DNA of 64,000 nucleotides from Podarcis cretensis (lineage: Eukaryota): positions 37,758,001-37,822,000 of the forward strand of contig OX638163.1 of assembly GCA_951804945.1 (NCBI GenBank). The letters run 5' to 3'. Position numbers and translations under genes: made by a program. A model generated the notes under the pieces. That model made no database searches. It was not told the origin of the DNA and was given only the letters and a program-made list of their open reading frames with translations. Positions 1 to 12,662 of this stretch are shown one piece after another (the first letter of the stretch is position 1; each line of letters opens with the position of its first letter).

Positions 1-1119
1 CCCAAAATGTGTATGAAGTTTTATATTAGAAGAATGTATGGAAACAAATGCATATATTGGGGAAATGACCAACATAAACACATTTGGGTGAGTGAGTGGG
101 TGGGTGAAATAAGGACAATTTTACCAGGATCTGGTTATGGGGGAAAGTGACTGTCCATGCTTAAGAGGAAAAATTGGGGTGTATGGGTATTGAGATATAA
201 TACTCAGACTCATAGAATCCCAGAGGGGGGGGAAATTACTTAACCATTCCATCCAGTAACGATGGCCCTCAACTTGGATGGCTTTAAAAGACAAATGTAT
301 GGAGCATAAAGTTATCCCTAATGTTGGAGGCACAGAGAGAGAGAGAGGGTGCGCCTTGAAATACCAGTTGATGAGAATCACAAATGGAGAGAATGCTGCT
401 GCACTGAGATTTTGCTTGTGGACTTTGAAAGGGAATCTCACTGGCAACTGTGAGAACAGAATGCAGGGCTCTTCTTATGCTCTTATCTAAAAGCATCCAA
501 GTCTTCTTCAGTGTTCTTATTCAACCAGACCTTTGACTGATTAAACAATCTATGGCCTTTCAACTCTGTCTGGGGGTATTTGTTTTTTTGTTATTATGTT
601 ATGTATTTTGTGTTTTTCTGTTGCAAACTGCCCTATATAAAAATGATGGTGATGATGTCTGCAAAGCATTAAATAATCCTGAGAAGGAAATAAATGCTGA
701 CCACTTGGATGTAGGCCCATTGATGAATTTCAAGCACATCTGGATCCAGAAGGTGGCATAGCTGGGCAAAGACCTCACTGCCCAAATGACAGCAGCCTTG
801 ATTTCCACATAGCAGCCAAGGTCAGTGGCAGTGTTAGAAGAAACTTGTTTTGCACCCCATCCCACCATTTGCAGGATAAATGACTTTTCTGTGGAAACCT
901 TGGAATCTTGGGACCTGCTTTGGAGGCTCTGAGAGCCTTCAGTGTATTCTCTGTTTTCTGTTCTTTCCCAACAGCTTACCCAAGTCTGCAACCATCCTAA
1001 ATAGCTCCATAGCTCTTTCTCCATCAAAGACAAATTCTTAGAAGTACTTCAAGAACCAGTGTTGTTCCTTGAGCAGAATTCCAGCAGATGAGAAAGGCGA
1101 CTATGACAATATTACCTGC

Positions 1120-1120
<1 letters not shown>

Positions 1121-1152
<32 letters not shown>

Positions 1153-1239
1153 TAATGGGTTTTCCCAGCCACTCCACGCAGCTCCCAACAGAATATTAAA
1201 AACACGATAAAACATCAAACATTAAAAACTTCCCTAAAC
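1121..1239 (-). mobile_element. L2 LINE 3'-end fragment with (TTA)n tail
   Basis: The reverse complement (gtttagggaagtttttaatgtttga...gagtggctgggaaaaccc) matches the stop codon and 3' UTR of the L2 at 56400-56500. The (TAA)n run at 1121-1150 is its tail. Confidence 0.8.
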
Positions 1240-1663
1240 CTGCATCCACAGAGATACTGAGTTCTGTGCATCCACAATGAATAGTAGCAGAAAGGAGTAA
1301 CAGCTCTTCATACAACATGACCTCTTTCTTATTTTGCATGTATAATACTATGTGAGGCCCCCATCTAGTGTGAGCTGGGGTCAATATTAGACTTATGTCT
1401 GAGAAATAACAATTCAAATCCCAGTCCTGTTGGGATATCAGTCAGTTTTTGTTTTTTTTTGTTTTTGGACCCACCTTTTGGGGGATATGTATGTATTAGG
1501 AGTGGCTTGCATAAAATGGCATGCAATTAAAATTGTGGCTACTTCTATTGGCTATGAAATATAGCATGGGTTGGAGCAGGGCATCCCTTAGGCCCACTAT
1601 GGGTCCCTATTTGGACCACAAGACTCTTTTCTCCAAACCACGCCCACCTGCCTCACACCTGAC

Positions 1664-1822
1664 CAGTGGCGTAGCGTGGGTTATCAACACCCGGGGCAAG
1701 GCAAGTAATTTGCACCCCCTAACCTGTGGATTTGCGCCCCCTAACCCGTGGATTTCCCTAACCCCCAGATGTCGCGCCCGGTGCGGCCGGCCCCCCCTGC
1801 ACCCCCCCACACTACGCCACTG
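1664..1822. mobile_element. Non-autonomous hAT-type DNA transposon (MITE), 159 bp
   Basis: Terminal inverted repeats (TIRs) cagtggcgtagcgtggg / cccacactacgccactg (1 mismatch). Perfect 8-bp TSD cacctgac at 1656-1663 and 1823-1830. Confidence 0.92.
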
Positions 1823-2019
1823 CACCTGACACCATATGTTATAGCTGAATGGTCAATTGTCTGGCCCTGTTGTTCCTCCTTTCAGGACTAATATATTTTC
1901 CATCTTCAAGAACAAAACGAGGGGAGGAGTCAGGTATAGTAGCATATATAAATGCCATCCTTAATGCTACAGTTGTAAATGGGATTGATAATAATAATAA
2001 TAATGAAACTATGTAGATC

Positions 2020-2165
2020 CTCAGACGTAATTGACAAGCATTAGTTTCAAGAGGATGGACAAAAGGAACTACTTTATGCAACACATGATTAATTGATGGG
2101 AAGAGCTGCTTCAGGATGTTAGGAGGAACATTAGCATAAATGACTTCAGAAAAGGATCAGATCAG
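2020..2165 (+). mobile_element. Old CR1 LINE fragment (ORF2 C-terminus)
   Basis: Degenerate match to the CR1 terminal motif (approx. DKRKYFFTQR..LWNSLPQDV..DGFKRGLD). Confidence 0.55.
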
Positions 2166-2453
2166 TGGCCATTATGTAAATCTTGTGCACAGAAAGGTCT
2201 GTCCATTGCACTGACTGTTATAGTTAACTAAGGGTAGGAATGCAATGTTCAGAAGTACACACTGTATTACATGATTCTGGGGCCAAACAATAGGGAATGG
2301 GTCATACTCAGTAGCAGATCATCTGCTTTGCATGCAGAAGGTCCCAGTATTTGACAATACATGAAAAGTGCATTAAAATTGTCTTACAGGACAAAGTAGC
2401 TACCAAAATTAGGCCAAAATAAGACATGTTATTACAGTCTACTGGTGACTATG

Positions 2454-2830
2454 TGTCAGGGGCTTGGCAGAGGAGGAGGGGTGGTGGAGACCGCCTCCCC
2501 ACCCTGACCCTTCCAGGGAGGAGGGAGACAGTATAGAGTTACAATAGTTGTTTGCGAGAGCCACAGCTCAGAGGCAGATGGAGGGAGAAGTTGGGAAGTA
2601 GTGGGAGAGGAGGAGCAGGCAGAACTGGAGCAGCAGCTGGCTGACACACTGTCATTAGAAAGCATTCCAGACCCATCTCCCAGAACCCAGCGAGCCTTAA
2701 TAGTAGGAGAGCAAAGAGATTAAAGACAGGGCACTTAGCAGCACCTGTAGAGGAGGTGGTGATGATGATGAATAGGGAAGGGGGAGAGTCAGGGATGGAG
2801 ATTCATTCAGGACAATGCCATTATCCAAGA
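2454..2830 (+). mobile_element. LTR-like remnant (5' part), probably Gypsy/ERV-type
   Basis: Starts TGTCAGGG and is abruptly purine/GAG-rich compared with its flanks. Similar tcagggc-starting pieces occur at ~18185 and, on the minus strand, ending ~28880. No 3' CA terminus or TSD found. Confidence 0.45.
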
Positions 2831-2884
2831 GGCTGGGTTCTATGTGCTTTTTTTCTTTAATCCTCATGATTTTTTAAAAATGAA

Positions 2885-3190
2885 TTTTAGTGCCAATTCT
2901 TGCTAATAAACACATTTTTGTACAACCTTTCGATGAATGTACACATTTTTGCTCTCTTCATATAATGTATTTTGTATTTTTTCTCTTGTATAAACTTTCC
3001 CTAACATAGGCTTCCCTCCACTACTCCCCTCCCCCAAAAAACCCATTGGCTAGGGAACTGCATCACAAAACATAGATAATGCAAATTTTGAAGGAAAGTT
3101 ATATTTTGGTTCTCGCACTCTTTCAGAAAGTTTGAATCTGGTAGATTTACCTTTAAATGCAAACGGAATTGATTATGTTCCCCAACACTA
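2885..3190 (-). mobile_element. Copy of abundant AT-rich repeat family (probable non-autonomous hAT-like DNA transposon)
   Basis: Shares blocks such as gtagatttacctttaaatgcaaacggaattga and tacacatttttg with the copies at 5495-5845, 23955-24147, 34830-35095, 40395-40675, 51351-52030 and 57295-57520. Confidence 0.6.
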
Positions 3191-5169
3191 GTAGTTCCAC
3201 ATAATAACCAAGTTACTTGAACATGGGTCCCACTGAAATAAATGGGAAATCTATATTCCTAGCAAATATGCCTTTTGAGTATCAGATCCTGGGGATAAAT
3301 CAAAGGAAAATGCATTAACCTTCCATTTCTGAATTTTCAAGAAGCATCTGGCTGACCACCTCTGAACAATGAATGCCAGACTAGATAATCCTTTGCTTTG
3401 ATCCAGCTGGGCTAGGGATGGAATTTTCTGAAACTCCTGAAGTCAAGCTTATCCACACAGGATCCCCTGCCAATTCTTGTCTCACTTCTTAATCTCTACA
3501 AGAAGCAATACCCACTTTAAAAATATGGTGAATTCTTACAAATTACATGCACTATTATAAACATTATTATACACATACCATTATTTACATATGAAATGCA
3601 TATACACTTCATGTTTCCTAAAGTAACTAGAACATTTACATATTGATATGAAAATGCATGAAACTGTATAAATGTAAGTATATTTAATATATATTTTTAG
3701 AATTATCCTGCATAAGCATAGTACAACATGCACTTCACTCTTTTGTGGATAGTATACATATATGTATTTTTAGTATAAATTTGCACATATTTTGTTGGGT
3801 TCTGGCAAGAAGCAATCTACTACAGACAATGCTTGATTGGGTCAGAACCACCAAGCCCTGCTCGTAAATCTGTTTAAAATAGATTCCTGCTGCATCCCTA
3901 AGCTGGGCAGTTCCTTTGTTCTGTATGAAGCTACCAGTGTACAACTAATCTACAGAACATTGCCTTGTTTGATCTGCACATTTCTTTGGTTGACTCATGA
4001 ATATTTAAAGTTCTACTAAATATGTTTTTGTGTGTCTTTACAAGAAAGAACTGCAGAACACATTTAGCCAGCGCCACCCCTGCCAGCTGCATATTGCAAC
4101 CAGTAGCAACTGGTTGGTAGCAGGGCACAACTGTTCTCTCAACTTCCAAACACAAAGTGTCACTGGCACATACCAGAGGGAGCTTGTTGATGTGCAGGTG
4201 CATAGCAGCAAGAGTAGCAGATTGGCTGCACAAAGCTGCACCATACAATTATGAGCTCCCCATGCTATGAGAAACCAGGAGAAAGCAATGCCCCACCTAT
4301 ATCACCACACTGGCCACTACTTTCTGCAACTTCTGTCATCACTAGCTGTTGGCCATGCTTACAGAGCCAGATGGAAGTTGGAATCCATCAGAAATAGGAA
4401 AACACCACATTGGTTATCTCTGCTATAGAATGTCAGTGTGCTCATCATCATTAGCGATATAGGGGGGAAAATGCTACGGTTTTGTGCTCTCCTGGTATAT
4501 ATTTTATGAGGGTTTCAGTTAAACACTGTAACTTCCTCTCCCTCCCTCTCCTTCTCTCTCTAGAGTCTTCTTCTTTTACAAGTATGACTGCATTAGCCAT
4601 AAATATGTCTGCTGAAATCAAAGTGTAGGCACCTTCCTGTCTCTAGTTAAAGATGCATCTAAGGAAAACTAAATTGAGACAGGTTGCTTCCATGAAAAAC
4701 CAAGATATCTGTAAGTATACTCTGTTGAGTCTTAAGAGTAATGTATTGAGAGTCCCCAAAGGGTTTATTATGGTCATGAATCAGCTGCCTATGCCTCAAA
4801 AAAGCCTGATGATAATGATCATTTATGCATCAAAAAGCTTCTGTTCCTTCCTTATTTTTGCCTAGTAGTAGGTCCCCCCCTCCCAGTAACTTGAATTATT
4901 TAAATAAAAGCAATAAACCTTGGACTTGACCTTAGGCTCTCCAGCTGTGCAGAATGTCCCATGCAGGTCTTTTCCTGCTGTGTCTCAGAAATGTTAAGAC
5001 CAGAAGACAAGGCCTTTCCTATCATTTCTCTTGGAGACTTCATCAACTCTCACACCAATTTGCTTCATCAAAGAAATTTAACTCAGGGAAAGCAGAGATG
5101 TTGCTGGATTGTTGACCGACATGAAATTCAATGCAAACAATTGAAGCTTGCCTTATACTGAATTAATTC

Positions 5170-5480
5170 ATTGATCCATATAGCACAGTATTATCTACTT
5201 TGTTTGGAACTGGCTCTCTGGGTTCTGAAGTTTGGTCTTTCCCAGAAAGTGCCTTCTTGGGGTCCTTTTAAACTGGTAATGTAATTGAATAGACTGCCTC
5301 AAGAGATGGAGAACCATTGGAGCTTTCCAAGGAAAAGTTGGATGGCCGTCTGTCAGGGATTCTTTGGCTGTGATTCCTGTATTGTAGGGGGTTAGGCTAG
5401 ATGACCCTTGAGCGTATGTTCCAACTCTGCAATTCTTTGATTAAACCTGGGACTTTCTGCATACAAAGTTTCTCCTCTAC
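5170..5480 (-). mobile_element. tRNA(Ala)-like SINE, interrupted by a CR1 3' fragment
   Basis: The tail part (5170-5275) and head part (attaaacctgggactttctgcat, 5440-5480) match the copy at 31908-32087. Confidence 0.55.
5280..5440 (+). mobile_element. CR1 LINE 3' end
   Basis: ttggatggccgtctgtcaggg...ctagatgaccctt...ttccaactctgcaattctttgatt is the typical CR1 3' terminus. It is the reverse complement of the end at 59683-59790. Confidence 0.75.
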
Positions 5481-5494
5481 AGAGATCAGTGAAT

Positions 5495-5845
5495 ATGTCG
5501 ATTTCAGTTTCTCCATGTTTCTTCTTTTTAGTCTTAAGTTCAATTCTCTGCATTTCCACCTCAATTTGCAATTTAAGTCCTTAAGAAAGTTCAGCAGCAC
5601 TTTAGTGCAAGTTTATCCTCCTACATACATTGCTGTGTGCAATTTTGCCTAATATACTCATTTTTGCAAATCATATCTCGCCCCCCCAACACAATGCATT
5701 TTATGTACACTTTACTCTAATGTATGCCTTTTTCTACACATTCCAGCGTTGCAAAATCTGGAGAAGTGCAACTTTCAAAAAAATAAAATAAAAATGACAG
5801 TGTTTCTGTTCATGTCTCATTTTAGAAAGTGTGCCTCCATCACCC
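5495..5845 (-). mobile_element. Copy of abundant AT-rich repeat family
   Basis: Blocks tttcagtttctc...aagttcaattctc and ttgcaaaatctggagaagtgcaactttc are shared with other copies in the window. Confidence 0.6.
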
Positions 5846-6652
5846 TTAGTGCACTGTCACTGAAGACTCGTGTCTCTGACAAGCCAAGATGCCATAAATG
5901 AAGTCTGAACTAAAAACATCTCCCACCTTTTCATCTTGGGGTGGCACTTTCTAAACCTTTTAGCAGGGAGTATGTGTTGTTTTGCTTTTGAAAGAGGGGT
6001 TACCTTACAGCTGAAGCAACAGAGAGTTTCTTCTATTCTTTTTGACACCCCATGTCTCTGTCACTGCTCAGGCAACCCGACAGCATTCCATCACCATGTT
6101 TGAAAAGATACCCCCAGGGAAACCACAGGGCAAGCCAAGGGAATGGGCCCTATCACTGCCTTCTACTGTCACCTACTGGCTTGTCAAGGAATAATGCCAG
6201 ATCATTGCAGCAGTCTACTAGAGAGAAAGAGGGGGGGAGGCAGGAAGAGCGATAATAACATAATGATACCTGAAATTATATCCAATATTTATATAGTGCT
6301 TTACCTCAGTGCTCAGAGAATTTCATCTATATTACTTTATGAATCCTTCTAACAACTCACTAAGCCTATTAGTATTCCCATATTACAAACCTTATTGCCC
6401 ATATTGTGGGCATATTACAGGCCCATGGGGGCAGCTAACTGAGATTCTTTTATATGAGGGATGTGAGACCAGTGTGGAAAATGAGTGGGGGGTTAGGTGT
6501 TAAGGAGCACACATTAATAAGTCAACATGTAGAGCAACCTTTACATTATATGTGTTAGCTTGTAAAAAAAAAAGGGGGGGTGAGAAATGTCAGTAATGTG
6601 AGAGTGCACTGTTCTAGCCTCTGTTGTTAGAAAAAAATGAGTTATAAAACAG

Positions 6653-6781
6653 AATTGGTAGAGCCTCTGCTTTGAATGCAGAAAATCCCAGTTTCAATCC
6701 CATATAATTCCAGGCAGATTGGGGAAAGACCTCCTTTGGGGCAGTTGTCTGGCTCAATATAAGCAAGGTTCCTGTATTCCT
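6653..6781 (+). mobile_element. Degenerate tRNA(Ala)-like SINE
   Basis: Head ttggtagagcctctgctttgaatgcagaaaatcccagtttcaatccc and tail tctggctcaatataag resemble 20550-20715. Confidence 0.55.
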
Positions 6782-7286
6782 TTGGAATATTTGGTTGTTG
6801 TCCTTCAGACTTTAGGTCTCCACTGCTGTTAATGGACAAACTCTCTCTGAAAAATGTTATATGGTGACAAGTGATGCAACCTGCTTTTGAACTGAGTGTT
6901 GGGGTTTCTTTTCCTTTTCTCTTCTTACTGAGCAGAATTGCAGAATACCCTCAGTCAAACAGGTGAGATATTTACGGGTGTGGAATTTATTGCTTCTTTA
7001 ACCTTGAGCCATGCAGTATGCAACTACACAACTTCTAACTGGGTGATTCCTTAGCGCAACATTTTGTAGTAATCTTCTGTGCTCATAAAATGGGAAAATC
7101 CCTTTGCCTTCAGTTGTAGCCACTGGTTACCAAATGTTTCACTGGAGCTTTTTGTAAAATTTGCTCTTTAATCCAGTAGAGATGGCTGAGTGTTACAGCA
7201 GTAGTGCTGAGGGGAAAGTCCAAATCTAATCCAGTGCAATCCATTTACAGTAACAGTTTTTGTTTTCTGTCCCCTATCCTTGGTAA

Positions 7287-7651
7287 GGGACGCAGGTGGC
7301 ACTGTGGGTTAAAGCCTCAGCGCCTAGGGCTTGCCGATCGAAAGGTCGGCGGTTCGAATCCCTGCGGCGGGGTGCGCTCCCGCTGCTCGGTCCCAGCGCC
7401 TGCCAACCTAGCAGTTCGAAAGCACCTCCGGGTGCAAGTAGATAAATAGGGACCGCTTACCAGCGGGAAGGTAAACGGCGTTTCCGTGTGCGGCTCTGGC
7501 TCGCCAGAGCAGCGATGTCACGCTGGCCACGTGACCCGGAAGTGTCTCCGGACAGCGCTGGCCCCTGGCCTCTTAAGTGAGATGGGCGCACAACCCCAGA
7601 GTCTGTCAAGACTGGCCCGTACGGGCAGGGGTACCTTTACCTTTACCTTTT
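7287..7651 (+). mobile_element. Sauria SINE, full length, young
   Basis: tRNA-like head with A box (tggcactgtgg) and B box (ggttcgaatcc); (ACCTTT)n tail; 12-bp TSD tatccttggtaa at 7275-7286 and 7652-7663; many CpGs retained. Confidence 0.95.
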
Positions 7652-7731
7652 TATCCTTGGTAAATCACAGCACCTACTCTGTCCTAATTTTTGCTTGTTG
7701 GCTATGCCTTGCTTAAAGTATATATCTACAG

Positions 7732-7820
7732 TGCAATCATATGTATGTTTACTCAGAAGTAAGTCTCACTGGATTCAACAGGATTTACTCCTATGTAAGT
7801 ATGCATAGGATTGCAGCCTT
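7732..7820. mobile_element. Short palindromic MITE-like repeat (~90 bp)
   Basis: Ends tgcaatcatatg / cataggattgca and core agtaagtctcactggattcaac. Related degenerate copies lie near 11965-12075, 32400-32490, 37925-38000, 43515-43590 and 45655-45735. Confidence 0.65.
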
Positions 7821-9537
7821 AGTGCCAGAGGCTAAAATCCTTATTCTTCAGAGCACAATTACCTTTACCTTTTACCTTCCAAGGGTCCCTTTACATTTTA
7901 CCTTCCAAGCAGGGCATGAAGGTGGCAGACTCCAGTATTAGTTGCCTCCTCCATCCTGCATTTGGAGCTATACCTCCTTGTCCATCCATCATTTCCATTA
8001 TTTCCCCTCTTTCTGCCTCCCTGGGAGTGTGAAAGAAATAAGCTGGTAGAGGCACAGCCTTTGAAATGTTCTTCGTGCATTTCCTTTTCCTTTTAAAATA
8101 CATTTTACAACACAAATTTACTGCTAGAAATCAAGTCAATCAAGTGGGTATGGAAAACATTTTTCTCCAAGGGTTGCTCTGGGGGGAGAGGGCAAAAAAT
8201 CTATATTGCTGTATATTGTTTCATTTAATAGTGGATCACAGAGAACAGGGAGCTAGGGGAAAGATAGAACAGCCCCATTCCAAGTCATGTTTAGTATAAA
8301 ATTCTTTCGATTATTTATCCATTATCAGCTTTAATGCTGGCAAATTTGTTCCCCTTGGCGATTTTAACATTCACTAAATTAACATTAATGATGCTACACT
8401 CACTGCATTTCTATCACTGTTCGGATTCATTACATCCATAGTCACATTGTCTGCTTGCTTTCTCTGTCTCAGAGATATACTGTAACAGTTTTCCAGTAAA
8501 TTGAATACTTACCTAATCCCTCTCTGATCATTTTTATAGTAAACTGTGAAGTTTATTTCATGGTTGATGATGAGTTCTCGGGGGGGGGAGGGAGGGGGTA
8601 GAGGAGAAATTCATTAATTATTTATCTCCTGGAAACTATTTTAACAAGGATTTATTTGACAGCTCTATTTTTAATGCAAAGGTTTTTTTAATTAAGTTGT
8701 TTTCAAAGAAAGTTAAAAGTGCAACCTCCGAAGACATCAAATCCCTTTTGCAAAAATAATAATAATGAAGAATAAAATAAGAATCCTTTCTGAGATATCA
8801 TCTGTGACAAGCTTAGATGGACCTTGGCATTAGCAACCCATCATTTAAACATAAAAACTTGTGCCCTGCCTGCCAGCCCAGCCGCCTTTCTTTCAAAGAA
8901 TATTTAAAGTCAAGCAAGATGATTATGTATTACTCATTGTTGATTTCTTTTCAGAGAACACTCAGGGTTAATTAATCTGGAACAGAAACTGATACAGTTG
9001 ATCAATGACATGTTGCTGAACACTCACACACAAACAACCAGCCTGGAGGGGCCTAGCATCTCAGCAAGCATTAATTGGGGTGGTTTTGCATATTACAGTG
9101 GTGTGCGGGGGCGGGTGGGGTGAGGAAGCATTAGAGAACTAACAGAACAGGGTTTGTTTGTTTTTTGTTATGTTCTACTATAATACACGAAGAGAAAGAA
9201 CACATGTTGAAACTAGAGGTGCCATCTCTAGATACAAAAGCAGAATTCATATGCTACCTTGTCCCACTCCACCCTGTGCAAATTCTTTTGGGTTTTGTTT
9301 TGTTTTTGTTTTGTTTTTTTTGCATTCCATGAGGAGCACAGTAAAAAGTAGGTGTGCTTCCTTCCCCTCCACTTGTTTGTAGCCCTTGAGACCAACTAGA
9401 ATGATTGTGCAAGGCTGTTGTTGTTGCTGCTGCTGCTGTTTCATTCATCAATTGTCTCAAGGCAAGAACCTCTGATTTTGGTTCATCATCAAGACTCAAG
9501 TGAACTCAGTCTTCTTAACTTTAATTTTCATGTTGAA

Positions 9538-9886
9538 CTGTGGTCTAAACCACTGAGCCTTGGGCTTGCCGATTGGAAGGTTGGCACTTCGAATCCCCAC
9601 AATGGGGTGAGCTCCCATTGTTCAGTCCCAGCTCCTGCCCACCTAGCAGTTCAAAAGCATGTCAAAGTGCAAGTAGATCATTAGGTACCACTCCGGTGGG
9701 AAGGTAAATGGTGTTTCCTTGTGCTGCTCTGGTTTTGCCAGAAGCAGCTTAGTCATGCTGGCCACATGACACAGAAAAACTATCTGCAGACAAAAGTCGG
9801 CTCCCTCGGCCAGTAAAGCGAGATGAGTGCCACAACCCCAGAGTTGTCTGCAACTGGACCTAACGGCCAGGGGTCCCTTTACCTTT
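9538..9886 (+). mobile_element. Sauria SINE, slightly 5'-truncated
   Basis: Body (gcaagtagat...ggaaggtaaa...gctggccacatgac) and tail ccctttaccttt match the other copies. Confidence 0.92.
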
Positions 9887-10330
9887 ATTATTCATTTCTC
9901 TGTCTTTCAACCCAGGATAAACAAAATCATAAAAAAAATAGCAAGATCGCATTCTCTGGTTGGTGGTCAGGATTGTGAATGGTCACAGCTGGCAAAAGTG
10001 TGTATAAATCATAGAAAGATAAAACTATAGGGTTTGAAGAAGCCACAAGGGTAATCTGTTTAACACCCTGCACTGCAGGAATATGGGGGCCTCTAACCCC
10101 AACACTGAGATGAAGAGTCTCATGCTTTATATTTCAGGGTGGATAAAAATGTTCCAATACTTTTTCTCCCACTGACTGTACTGAATTCACCCTGTAATTG
10201 GTTACACAATGTTGACATGACAAGCAAAAAAGAAAGAGAGGAAGGTGTGGCAGATAAAGGTCTGCAACAAAGATGCTGTTTAATAATTTTTTGTTGTTGT
10301 GAACTGCCCTGAGATCCACAGATAAAGGGT

Positions 10331-10363
<33 letters not shown>
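10331..10363. repeat. (AGTA)n microsatellite, probably the tail of a short L2 3' fragment
   Basis: Direct tandem repeat, preceded by gtgaactgccctgagatcc. Confidence 0.85.
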
Positions 10364-10364
<1 letters not shown>

Positions 10365-12227
10365 TATGCTCAAATGAACAGACTCAAATGCCTGGTGGAA
10401 CAAACACATCTTGACTATAGTGTTGTTCACATATTACATTCAATGACTGCTGTCTCACGAGATATACGGATACCAGCCAACATTCAGCAAGTGTATATTC
10501 TGTGTACCTATGCACACCACAGTAGAGCTACACAGATAAACATACTGTATACATACACTCTTTCACACAAACACTTGTACATTTGTAGAAGCCGATTGTA
10601 TCTGTGCTCAGTGTAATATGCGGACAAACCTCCTATGATGTAAGGTGAAGAGCAAAGGGCTAGATGAACTTCCCAGGAAAATCCCAATCTGTCCTAACCA
10701 AATTTGAGGAACATAACCCTAGGCAGCATTTCAGTGGCAGTTTTATTGCTGTGTCTCATTCCCAGGGTCAATGGTTTTTTTTTTAACATTCCCCAAACAA
10801 CCGCACAAGTTGCTCCAATAAATGTTCCCAATTGTTGCAAGGGATTTTGGGAAGCATATCTTAGATTACCTGCTGTTACATTGACATGCTCAACATCTCT
10901 GTATGTTGCTTGACTGATAGCTTATACCTGTCTGTTTCTCATTTTATACAATTTGCTGTTACACATTTAAGGATGTGTGTTGGCTCTGCTCTCTTTTCAT
11001 TATGATTGCCTAAATATTTTGGAGAAATGTGCCCTTTTCAATGTCAGTTTCATCCACCTACTTGCCAAACAAAGAAATGTGCCCTTTAATAGCAAGATGA
11101 TTTGTTAAATGTCATAAAATTATTTGGGAATTTTCTAACAAATCTCCTCCTCGAGAATAGAGGGGCAGAAGGGGTCAGGGAAATGCTGATAATACATGTT
11201 TCAGCGATGTAAGGCTTTTTTATATATAATAGAAATCTTGAAATTCAATCAAAAATAGATTGCAGATAATACCCTTATTTCAGAAAGTACAAAGTTAAAA
11301 ATGGGTTACTGCGCTTGCAATAATCCACCTTGCTCATAAAATTTAGGGGTATTATAAAAACCCTTAATGATCTGTGATGGACATGACATAGTTGTGGCCT
11401 CAGTAAATCTGGAATAAACGTAAAAGGGGGGAAATACTATGACAAGTTCTTTTCACTTATATCTGTTTCCTTTCTAAAGATAAATGAGCTGATATGTTTT
11501 GCCCTTGAAAATTCTCTCTCATCTACTTCCAAACCCTTAAGTTTAATTGAAAGGTTTCTTCGTCCAGACAGATAATTAGGTAAATTGAGAGCTGCTTACC
11601 TTCAGATGAGTCCCCCCCCCCTCATTTTTTTCTTTTAGTCTCTTTCTGTCATTTTATGTAATGGTTTATGCTTGGAATACATTTTTGGGTATTAATGAAG
11701 TCTGGTTTCATGTTTGCACATCACAGCATTATGAGTCAAGTCCCTCTTTGATTTCATCTCTCTCTATTTTTGTTATCGCAAGTCAGGAAATAACAAACAA
11801 AAGTCAACAGATTCGACTTATTGAAATGCCGCAACTGGCTATGTCCCTGACATATATGGGTGTAAAATCTGTGCAAACTGGGGCATGCTTGGAGAAATCA
11901 CTATTCTCTCTTAAAACTCACAGTATTCCTATGGGTACAATATACAATTTATATCCCCTGGGTTAGAGCCATACTAAATTAGATGACCTTGGGTCCCACT
12001 GAAATTAGTGGAACAAGTTGTGACTTAAGCTTCATTAATTTCAAGGAGATGTAGGTGCAACTAAGTTAGTCTGGTCTCATCTCCTAAGATTCCAATGGAG
12101 AATACTGCCAAAATAAAGAGGAAATTGGGTTTTCAGGCAGTGTTCTAGAGACAAGTGTGGGGAGAGAAGAAAGGATGAACAGTAAATGAACTTGTGTTGA
12201 GAGGGAACTGAGATGGGATGTCTGAAG

Positions 12228-12365
12228 GGGCTGAAAATAAAACTGTCAATATCCTTCTGCCTTTACATAAATCTATCATGCCACTGCACATAGGAGATCT
12301 GTTGGAATGTTGAGTACAGTTCTTCCCACCCCAACTCAAAATGGATAATGTAAAGCTTAGAAGGA
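12228..12365 (+). mobile_element. Old CR1 LINE RT-domain fragment
   Basis: Degenerate coding similarity to ENKT..I.LPLYKS....LE..VQF..P.LK.D. Confidence 0.55.
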
Positions 12366-12454
12366 CAGGAGAGCACATTGAGACTTTTTTTTTTAGTTTA
12401 GAAAAAGGACAATCAAGAATGAGGATACCTTTTTCTTTTTAAGGCATGAATAGT

Positions 12455-12662
12455 TCTTTGTCCTGTAGTTTTTAAGGGTGCTGAGAGTTATTAGGAGACT
12501 ATTGTTCCCCTCACAGAGTTGTGATTCTCAGTGTGGTTTAGCAATCAATTCCTCGTCTGGAAATTGTCACTGTGTGAGAGATATAGCAGTTTCCTAACAA
12601 CTATTAACACCCATAAAGGACAACAGTTTCCAGAATTGTTTGGGAGAAGCCATGACTGTTCA
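12455..12662. mobile_element. Palindromic MITE fragment
   Basis: Imperfect inverted arms gggtgctgagagttattaggagactat / atagcagtttcctaacaactattaacaccc. Confidence 0.55.

Noticed and set aside
8476-8484. Scattered TACTGTA/TACAGTA as Tc1 excision footprints
   Set aside because: Several such 7-mers are expected by chance in 64 kb of AT-rich DNA; not interpretable without orthologous sites.
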